NCBI GenBank assembly: GCA_043753995.1
Contig: JAYUVP010000273.1
Location: forward strand, 1 to 23,083
Source of the DNA: Fibrobacterota bacterium
Lineage (GTDB): Bacteria; Fibrobacterota; Fibrobacteria; UBA11236
Direction of reading: 5' to 3'
DNA: 23,083 nt
Numbering within the stretch: position 1 is the first letter of the stretch; the number at the start of each line of letters is the position of its first letter. Below the pieces are notes generated by a model. The model had not been told where the DNA came from. It did not search any database and saw only the letters and a list, made by a program, of their open reading frames with translations. A program made the translations under genes and the position numbers. Shown here piece by piece: positions 16,268-23,083 of this stretch.

Positions 16268-17995
16268 TCAGAATCCCGGTAGGATGCGCGCCAGGGCATT
16301 GCCTGGAAAATATTGCATGTAGATATAGTCACCTTGCGCGCGAATGGGTCCATCGCCCCCCGCAAGTATAGAGCCGACAAGCATTCTGTCGGGTGTGTAA
16401 ATGTCAATCACCTGATTGCCCCAAGCCAAGACCCATCGTCCCGCTTTGTCACGGGCTATGCCACGAAGATAGCCCCTTGCTTCTGGCTTCCATGTCAAGG
16501 TGATTTGGCCTTGGCGATCATAGAATTCAAGGCGATCAAAGGTCGCGAAAGACACCACCGAATAAAATCCGATTTCCGGTTGAAAGGAAGGGTAGGTGAG
16601 TCCAGACGGAGGCTTGAGTTGCTTGAGCAAGCTGTCTTGCCCCAAGAGCACGCCATCCTTATTGTAGGTCGTCATGACTCGCGCCGCCTCATTCCAAATC
16701 AGCAGGGAGTCTCCCACTCGATGCAGGGTCAAAGAATTGGCGGTGCTCGGCACGGCTCTTTGCCAAATCAGATCGCCAATAGTGGAGTGCTTTCGTAGGC
16801 GCAGGGGCGACGAGTCCAGAATGTAAACCGAGCCTTGTGAGTCGACGACAAGTGGCCGTGTAAAGCCGCCGCCTTGTGCTGCCGAATCAAACCATTTTCT
16901 ATCCGGGCTAATCCCATTGCTTTTCGTCACGGTTCGGTCATATTCATAAACCCATATATCGCCCGAGGAGTCCATATCGAATTGACAGGCGGCCGGACCA
17001 CAATAATTGGGCAGCCTTTCGATTTGAAAGCGCACCTTCATGGTGAAAATAGCGGTCTCTCCTTTGCGCCCCTCATTGCCCCGCAGATCTAGGGCGGCAA
17101 TAGCATAGTGATAGGTTGCCCCGGGCTTTAAGCCTGATTTCCAATCGTCTTTGAATACGGTGTCTGCAACCGGGATCGAAGAGAGTCGAATGAATCCCGA
17201 ATCGACCGTGCGGCGATAAACATGGTAGGCGCTCACCTGGCTGGGCGATTGCTTTTTCCAGCGAAGCGTGACGACCATGGCCGTCGTGTCATAAGCCAAG
17301 GTAATGCTGTCGACCATGGGAATGGCGCCAGTCATTACGGGTTGATAGGGTAACCGCAAAGTGTCGGACAAGGTGGTTGCGATTCCAGAGCGGACGGTGA
17401 TGAGGGTGTCCACCGGTTTATAAGCATCCAAGGTCGTGAGTAACCGAAGGCGATACTGACCTTCAGCAAGATTATCCAAACGGAAATTCCCCATGGAATC
17501 CGTGGGCACCGCGAAAGTCGTCGTACCCAAGAGAATGAGGAAAACCGTGCGGCTATCGTCACCAGGCTGCAACCGTATCACGCCCGCTACCGAGCCGGGA
17601 GCCTTCAAGGTATCGCGACCGATTTCGCTGCTGGAATTCCCCTGAACTTTCACCGAATCCCGAAAAGCGAAGCCTCCCGCCTTATCGCTCAGCAAATTGT
17701 ATTGGCCATCGGGCAAGGAATCCGTCGCAAAGCTTCCATCCGCCCCGGTGGTTACGATGTCCGCGATATCGCCCGCTCCGCCTGGGCCCGGGCTAAAATT
17801 CACCGAAACCACGCGAACCTTGGCATTGGCCACGCCATTGCCTTGGGTATCCACAATGCGGCCGGAGATTTTCCCCGTATTTCCTGTCACGGTAGTTCCT
17901 GCAACATTCTCCTCGGTGCAGGCAAGCAGGCTGAATCCCAAGAGGAAGGCTGCGGCCATGGCCACCAAGGTCCGGATCGGTTTTTGGATTGGCAT
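16268..17995 (-). CDS. Lipoprotein with two carboxypeptidase-regulatory-like repeats, an FN3-like domain and a C-terminal beta-propeller-like region
   Basis: Lipobox SLLAC; ISGRIVDTQGNGVANAKV...TGADGSF...LPDGQY; TDSMGNFRLDNLAEGQY; VTLRW...YHVYRR...LKPGATYHYAIAALDLRGNEG; NHL-like DSSGDIWV and VDSQGSVYILD. It starts 2 nt after the upstream stop codon. Confidence 0.85.
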   Translation of the reverse strand: MPIQKPIRTLVAMAAAFLLGFSLLACTEENVAGTTVTGNTGKISGRIVDTQGNGVANAKVRVVSVNFSPGPGGAGDIADIVTTGADGSFATDSLPDGQYNLLSDKAGGFAFRDSVKVQGNSSSEIGRDTLKAPGSVAGVIRLQPGDDSRTVFLILLGTTTFAVPTDSMGNFRLDNLAEGQYRLRLLTTLDAYKPVDTLITVRSGIATTLSDTLRLPYQPVMTGAIPMVDSITLAYDTTAMVVTLRWKKQSPSQVSAYHVYRRTVDSGFIRLSSIPVADTVFKDDWKSGLKPGATYHYAIAALDLRGNEGRKGETAIFTMKVRFQIERLPNYCGPAACQFDMDSSGDIWVYEYDRTVTKSNGISPDRKWFDSAAQGGGFTRPLVVDSQGSVYILDSSPLRLRKHSTIGDLIWQRAVPSTANSLTLHRVGDSLLIWNEAARVMTTYNKDGVLLGQDSLLKQLKPPSGLTYPSFQPEIGFYSVVSFATFDRLEFYDRQGQITLTWKPEARGYLRGIARDKAGRWVLAWGNQVIDIYTPDRMLVGSILAGGDGPIRAQGDYIYMQYFPGNALARILPGF

Positions 17996-17997
17996 AC

Positions 17998-18831
17998 TCA
18001 AGTCTCTTTTTTCTGATTCGCGGTGAATGGGAAAAACTGAAGATTCAATTGATAGACGCGATCCTGGCCTTTGTCCTTTGACGCAAGTTGGGCGATGTGG
18101 TTGCGAAAAGATTGAATTTCCCGTTTGATTTCCAGGTAGCACGATGCGGAAATGCCGGTGGTCAAGGTGGAAATGTCGCGTTCCTCAGGGTCCACCTTGT
18201 CTAAGGCCTCATCCGCGAGCCGCAGATTTTCTTTCTGGTATTTCATGACGACAAAAGAAGACAGTTCATCGGCCGTTCTTACCACTCCGTCGGCCTGGCG
18301 ATACCTGCCCGACGGCATTTTCACCAGCAAGCCCAGATTCAAAAGCAAAGCCACGCTTTCCTTGGTTTGCTTGGCGGTAAGGGGCGGTCGCAGGGATTGC
18401 CCAAGCCTCGCCATGTCGCCTTTGAATCCGCCCATGCAAGCCATTTCCCGGATTACCGGATGCCACCACTCGGAAAAATAGGCGTGTTGACTTTCTTCGA
18501 GCATATGCCCCGAAGTGCGTCCCGCGAGCACACCCAGTTTGCGAAAATGAAATTCCCGCTCCTTGAAAGTGGCGGCATGCTGAAATCCCACGAGGGCTTC
18601 GAAATACTCGGTTTCCTTAGGGCCTAATTCCATGGCGCGGGCGACATTGTAGAGGCTGCCATGCGACAGCTCCTTTTTGCCGGTCGCGACTTCAATGAGA
18701 TAGGAGCGGGTTTTGAAGCCGGCCTTGCGTGCAAAGGCCTCAAAGGAAAAGCCGTGGCCTTCCTTTTTCTTTTCCGCCTGGAAGTCTTTGATGAAACGGC
18801 TATAACTGGTATACGCGAATAAATCGGGCAT
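17998..18831 (-). CDS. TIGR02147-family protein (N-terminal HTH-like, C-terminal DUF4423-like)
   Basis: LFAYTSYSRFIKD, FSFEAFARKAGF, ETEYFEALVGF, YFSEWWHPVIRE, ERDISTLT and VYQLNLQFFP are characteristic of this Fibrobacter paralogous family. Confidence 0.88.
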   Translation of the reverse strand: MPDLFAYTSYSRFIKDFQAEKKKEGHGFSFEAFARKAGFKTRSYLIEVATGKKELSHGSLYNVARAMELGPKETEYFEALVGFQHAATFKEREFHFRKLGVLAGRTSGHMLEESQHAYFSEWWHPVIREMACMGGFKGDMARLGQSLRPPLTAKQTKESVALLLNLGLLVKMPSGRYRQADGVVRTADELSSFVVMKYQKENLRLADEALDKVDPEERDISTLTTGISASCYLEIKREIQSFRNHIAQLASKDKGQDRVYQLNLQFFPFTANQKKET

Positions 18832-18925
18832 GCTTCCAAGTTAGCGCCAACTTGGGATGTTCCGCCATGCCGGGGCCTAAGAAAACGATCTCCGATGGAG
18901 ATCATTCCTCCAATCTCCGCTAGTC

Positions 18926-20317
18926 CTACCCGCAGCGGAACTTGGTGCTGCCGTCGGGAATGGGCTCGGGATAATTGCCGTCGAAGCAGGCCGAGCAATA
19001 ATTCGCCGATCCCCCGGGGGGCACGCTTTTCATGCCTTCAATGCTGAGATAGCTCAGGCTATCGGCACCCAGTAACTTGCGCGTTTCCTCGACGGTGAGA
19101 TTGCCGGCAATGAGTTCGGTCTTGCTCGGAAAGTCCATGCCATAGAAGCAGGGGGATATCACCGGCGGTGAGGAAATGCGAATATGCACTTCCTTGGCAC
19201 CCGCTTCGCGTATCATCTTGCACAGGATTTTCAAGGTGGTGCCGCGCACAATGCTGTCGTCCACAAGAACCACGCGCTTGCCTTTGAGCACGCCGCTAAT
19301 GGTATTGAATTTCAGCTTGACCTTTTGCTCGCGAACGTTCTGCGAGGGATCGATGAAGGTGCGGCCCACATAGTGATTGCGCAGAATGCCGATGTCGAAA
19401 GGGATACCCGATTCCGTGGCATAGCCAAGCGCGGCGGTATTGCTGCTATCCGGTACCGAAACCACCACGTCGGCCTCGACGGGATATTCTCTGGCCAATT
19501 GCTTGCCGATTTTGCGGCGCACCTTGTCGCAGCTTTCCTCGAATATGCGCGAGTCGGGACGGGAGAAATAAATGAATTCGAAAATGCAATGCGCATGGCG
19601 CGGTTTTTCCGTGAAAATGCGACTGTCGATGCCGTCGGCGTCGATGCGGCACAATTCGCCGGGCTTGATATCACGCACATAACTTGCTCCCAGCAAGTCC
19701 AAGGCGCAGGTTTCGCTCGCCACCACCCAGGCACGGTCCAGTCGGCCTAAGCAAAGCGGGCGAAAGCCGAAGCCGTCGCGCGCGATATAAATCTCATGCC
19801 GCGTCAAAAACACCATGGAATAAGAGCCAGTGAGTTGCTGCAAGCATTCGCTTAAAGCGTCCATCAACGACTCTTGCTTGGAGCGCGCTACGAGATGCAA
19901 CAAAACTTCGGTGTCCGAAGTGCTTTGAAAAATATGTCCGGCCTCTTCCATGCCCTTGCGTATTTCCGGGGCATTGGTCAGATTGCCATTATGAGCCACC
20001 GCCACCGGGCCGCGCTTGGTCGAGACCAGCATGGGCTGGGCATTGGTCAGACTGGAAACACCCGTGGTCGAATAACGCACATGGCCGATGGAAGCCAGCC
20101 CCGTCATGGAAGCGATTTCCTTTTCATCCTTATTCAACTCGGTGACCAGACCCATGCGTTTGATCAGGCGAATATCATCGCCATTGGTGGTGGCCACGCC
20201 CACGCTTTCCTGGCCGCGATGCTGCAAGGAATAGAGGCCCATCACCACGCGCCGTGTCACTTCGGGACCTCCGAATACCGCCATGATGCCGCATTCTTCC
20301 CCGATGTCTTCCGCCAT
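18926..20317 (-). CDS. purF: Amidophosphoribosyltransferase
   Basis: Propeptide MAEDIGEE|CG, LQHRGQES, GHVRYST, AHNGNL, CIFEFIYFSRPDS, VVSVPDS, PRPP loop VLVDDSIVRGTT, PCFYGMDFP and YCSACFDG (Fe-S-type cysteines); GGAGG RBS. Confidence 0.98.
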   Translation of the reverse strand: MAEDIGEECGIMAVFGGPEVTRRVVMGLYSLQHRGQESVGVATTNGDDIRLIKRMGLVTELNKDEKEIASMTGLASIGHVRYSTTGVSSLTNAQPMLVSTKRGPVAVAHNGNLTNAPEIRKGMEEAGHIFQSTSDTEVLLHLVARSKQESLMDALSECLQQLTGSYSMVFLTRHEIYIARDGFGFRPLCLGRLDRAWVVASETCALDLLGASYVRDIKPGELCRIDADGIDSRIFTEKPRHAHCIFEFIYFSRPDSRIFEESCDKVRRKIGKQLAREYPVEADVVVSVPDSSNTAALGYATESGIPFDIGILRNHYVGRTFIDPSQNVREQKVKLKFNTISGVLKGKRVVLVDDSIVRGTTLKILCKMIREAGAKEVHIRISSPPVISPCFYGMDFPSKTELIAGNLTVEETRKLLGADSLSYLSIEGMKSVPPGGSANYCSACFDGNYPEPIPDGSTKFRCG

Positions 20318-20492
20318 GGCGACCTCCGAATTGAAGAGGGGAAATATAGCCCCCTATTGACCCCTAATAGCGCCAGAATAGGCCCCCATTCCTGAGGTAT
20401 ATGAGCTGCTTTCGGAATTAGTGCCGGGTTTTGAGGAAGGCTTGACCAGCCTGGACTTGCGCAGTTCCCTCCGCCTCCCTTAATCTGATATC

Positions 20493-21431
20493 ATGCCTGC
20501 CCCCGTGAAATGCGGCGCCGAGCGAATCGTGGCCATCGGCGATTTACACGGCAATTATCAAGGCCTAGTGCAAATCCTCAGCCATCTCGATCTCATCGAT
20601 GGAGGAGGCCATTGGCAGGGGCAGGGCACCCATGTGGTGCAACTCGGCGATGTGCTGGGTCGAGGCGGTGAGCCTGGGAAAATTTTCGCCTTGCTGCATC
20701 GATTGGAGAAAGAAGCCGCTGAAGCCGGTGGCGCCGTGCATCTCTTGCTCGGCAATCATGAAGTCATGACCTTGCGGGGGTCTCTGGTCTACAATACCCC
20801 CGCCGAATTCCAAGACATTGCCGACTGGGCGCCGGCCGCCTTCGGGCCCTTACTTGACGGTGCCACCACCCCTTCCACCGACTGGACCCCCGTAACACAC
20901 ACGTCACCTTCCGAAAAATACCAGAGGCGCTTGGCTATGCTCGGCTGCGATATTTTCGAGCGCTACCTTCGGCCCGAAGGCCCGATTGGCGAATGGCTCA
21001 TGCAGCATCCCACGGTCTTGATTCTGGGCGACACCCTTTTCGTCCATGGCGGTCTCAATCGCAGGCATGGTCTCATGGATTTGGATATCCTCAATCAAGA
21101 AGTGCGCGACGAAATTCTCGCTGCCCGCTGCGATCACGGCCGCTCCCAACATTTGGTCAAGGACGGCCCGCAATGGAATCGCGAATACACGGTCACCTGG
21201 TCCAAGACTCGCGAACAAGAATTGCAAGATGTACTAGACTTTCACGGTTGCACTCGAATGGTGGTAGGCCATACGCCGACGGGTGCCATCGCCCCATTGC
21301 GTACAGGCGAAGTCTTGTCGCTTTATGAAGGCAAGCTCTGGTGCGTCGACACCGGCATCGGCGAAGCCTATGGCGGATACTTGGGGGCCTTGTCGCTAGA
21401 TGCAGGTAAGGTCGGCGGCTTGTATCCGTAA
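20493..21431 (+). CDS. Metallophosphoesterase, Shewanella-like protein phosphatase (SLP/Shelph) type
   Basis: IVAIGDLHG, VVQLGDVLGRG, LLGNHE, LFVHGG, DGPQWNR, MVVGHT and VDTG motifs. Confidence 0.88.
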   Translation: MPAPVKCGAERIVAIGDLHGNYQGLVQILSHLDLIDGGGHWQGQGTHVVQLGDVLGRGGEPGKIFALLHRLEKEAAEAGGAVHLLLGNHEVMTLRGSLVYNTPAEFQDIADWAPAAFGPLLDGATTPSTDWTPVTHTSPSEKYQRRLAMLGCDIFERYLRPEGPIGEWLMQHPTVLILGDTLFVHGGLNRRHGLMDLDILNQEVRDEILAARCDHGRSQHLVKDGPQWNREYTVTWSKTREQELQDVLDFHGCTRMVVGHTPTGAIAPLRTGEVLSLYEGKLWCVDTGIGEAYGGYLGALSLDAGKVGGLYP

Positions 21432-21491
21432 CGTGTGAATGGGTGAAGTCTCCCCCTCGGCCAAGCCTCCTCGGCGTGTACGGGGTGGCTA

Positions 21492-21671
21492 AGGGTCGGA
21501 TAAGAAATAACTGAATCAGTTCGCCCCCAACTGCAGGCCACCTTGAACCGCTCCTCAATCGCAAAACCATCGAAATAGTGCTGCTATTCCTCCGTTTTTG
21601 CTCAATCCGACCGGCCCAATCTGGCCCACATTTGGGGGCTCCTTTGCTCCACTTATTTCTTATCCGACCCT
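21492..21671. mobile_element. Putative 180-bp MITE-like element with perfect 19-bp terminal inverted repeats
   Basis: AGGGTCGGATAAGAAATAA (21492-21510) and TTATTTCTTATCCGACCCT (21653-21671). Internal hairpin GCAAAA..AATAG..CTATT..TTTTGC; no coding capacity. Confidence 0.65.
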
Positions 21672-21678
21672 ATGTTGC

Positions 21679-21761
21679 GGCCTGAAAAAGGGCTCGCGGT
21701 CCTCGGCCGAAGGGCCCAGCCCTGATGTCATCGGCCTGCGGAGCGAACCCTTTTTCAGGCC
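21679..21761. repeat. 83-bp REP-like palindromic element
   Basis: GGCCTGAAAAAGGGCTCGC / GCGAACCCTTTTTCAGGCC (18/19 complementary) enclosing GGCCGA...TCGGCC and AGGGC-CCA-GCCCT stems. Confidence 0.7.
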
Positions 21762-21997
21762 TCCACCGCCACACCTTTGCCATGCCATGGAGATTCGGCG
21801 CGGTGGAATTTCCCTGTGCCTTTTCACGCCAGGTTGCCTAGCCCTGGAGCTGGAATACACGCCTGTGGGGTCTTGGCCTGCCCCCTCGGCCCCAAGGGGC
21901 GCCTTCCCTGGGAGACCGCTCTAATAAAAAGGATCGGTGAATTCGGTAAGCGGGCATTAAACTTCAGGCTTCCTGTACCCACAACGGAGAAGCCAAA

Positions 21998-23083
21998 ATG
22001 GTTTTCAGAATTCTATTAGGCTTCATTTCAGTGCTTGGGGTGGAGATTTCGGCTCAGCAGGCGGTGGCTCTCACCGGAAAAGTCGCTGATGCAAGTGGGA
22101 AGGCGATTGGTAGTGCCATAGTCAGCCTGAAATCCAGACAACTTTCGGATACGACCGATGCTTCAGGTGCATATGCGCTGAATGGCGGCACCCTGTCCTT
22201 AAAAGGGGAAAACCATATTCCAGGAATAGGGGACATGAGTCTCAGGAGCGGAGTCCTCACTCTGGAATTGAAAAGCCATCAACAGGTGCGAGTCGAATTA
22301 TTCGACGTTCAGGGAAACCTCCTTGAAAAAGGAGGGAACCAAATCCTTCCTGCGGGTATTCACCGTTTCGATTTGGAAAAGAGAGCGAGCGCCCCGATCC
22401 TATCGCTGCTTCGCATTTCCGTTGGCGCTCATTCGACTCCATTTCTTTATGCCCAAGTGCAGAATAGGTTCGAGGGCCCTGCGGAAAGAAAATCTTCGGG
22501 GCGAGGTTTAGAAAAAGCGCAAGCCATCGAAGATGCTTTGGAAGCCTCAGCCTTGGGGTACAAAACCAAATCGGTGCCGCTCACGTCCTATGAAGGCAAG
22601 GTGGATATCACCTTGGAAAGCGATGTCGCGGGAACATGCACCGAGTCCAAATCCGTGAACTCGAATGCAAAGGGGAGCGGCTCCCACACCGTGGTGGTAG
22701 AAACCAATGCGGACAACGGGATCAAGGAAGGAACCCTTTTCCGGCCTTCCGACCTTGGACCCGGTAAGAAATACCCCATCCTGGTTTGGGGACAGGGTGC
22801 CTGTTCCAAGAACGGATTGGACGCCTCCGCTTCCATGGCCGAACTCGCTTCGCATGGCTATTTCGTCATCGCCGATGGAACTCCGAATGGCACGGGATCG
22901 CGCCCCATGAATGGGGAAAATCTAGAGGAGATGGGAAAGCCCGCTTTGGCCTATATCACTTGGGCCATCGCCGAAAATCGCAAGCCCTGCAGCAAATATT
23001 ATCAGAGCCTGGATACCACTAAAATCGACGCCAACGGTTTTTCCTGCGGAGGGCTTTTCGCGCAAGGCACAGCGAAAGATCCC
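21998..23083 (+). CDS. Secreted alpha/beta-hydrolase (cutinase/chlorophyllase-like fold) with N-terminal Ig-like modules, 3'-partial
   Basis: Absent from the ORF track because no stop falls in the window. Hand translation from ATG 21998 (GGAG RBS) is open for 362 codons: MVFRILLG..., LTGKVADASGKAI, VRVELFDVQGNLL, TLFRPSDLG..KYPILVWGQGAC, LASHGYFVIA and LDTTKIDANGFSCGG (nucleophile GxSxG). Confidence 0.88.
   Translation, partial: MVFRILLGFISVLGVEISAQQAVALTGKVADASGKAIGSAIVSLKSRQLSDTTDASGAYALNGGTLSLKGENHIPGIGDMSLRSGVLTLELKSHQQVRVELFDVQGNLLEKGGNQILPAGIHRFDLEKRASAPILSLLRISVGAHSTPFLYAQVQNRFEGPAERKSSGRGLEKAQAIEDALEASALGYKTKSVPLTSYEGKVDITLESDVAGTCTESKSVNSNAKGSGSHTVVVETNADNGIKEGTLFRPSDLGPGKKYPILVWGQGACSKNGLDASASMAELASHGYFVIADGTPNGTGSRPMNGENLEEMGKPALAYITWAIAENRKPCSKYYQSLDTTKIDANGFSCGGLFAQGTAKDP

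Noticed and set aside
11294..18900. tRNA-anchored genomic island or prophage
   Set aside because: No integrase, phage genes or duplicated tRNA 3' end (attR) were seen in the window; compositional difference was not computed.
19184..20395. Plus-strand ORFs 19184-19750 and 19874-20395
   Set aside because: Antisense shadows of purF, as expected from GC-biased codon usage.
21432..21997. Known riboswitch, tmRNA, RNase P or CRISPR array
   Set aside because: No diagnostic conserved cores were recognised on either strand by eye, and there are no regularly spaced direct repeats; an Rfam scan would be needed to fully exclude.
21598..22019. Small ORFs in the 21.4-22.0 kb intergenic region as transposase remnants
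   Set aside because: No DDE/HUH motifs; they run through palindromic non-coding elements.
22323..22511. Possible frameshift at the A-run near 22326 in the terminal hydrolase gene
   Set aside because: Recounting shows the frame from 21998 reads through (CTT GAA AAA GGA) without a stop to the window end.

Overview
Bacterial chromosomal segment, probably Fibrobacterota-like (inferred from a TIGR02147-type gene and secreted proteins with short Ig-like sorting-type domains). Housekeeping genes are polA (5' truncated), coaE, tRNA-Val(CAC) and purF. Between them lie envelope and secreted-protein genes: a DUF1080 hydrolase inserted between polA and coaE, two ECF sigma/anti-sigma modules (one with a Spy/CpxP-like protein), a PEP-CTERM protein with a sigma54 promoter and enhancer-like site, a YfbK-like VWA lipoprotein, an atypical stand-alone receiver, two lipoproteins with a TonB-dependent receptor, a TIGR02147/lipoprotein pair, a Shewanella-like phosphatase, and a 3'-truncated secreted alpha/beta-hydrolase missing from the ORF track. 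The main non-obvious signals are four related ECF-type promoters (including a 33-bp motif shared by the second sigma gene and the VWA gene) and a cluster of nested inverted-repeat, MITE/REP-like elements at 21.45-21.9 kb. No CRISPR array, integrase or transposase was seen. All family assignments come from motif recognition by eye, not from database searches.
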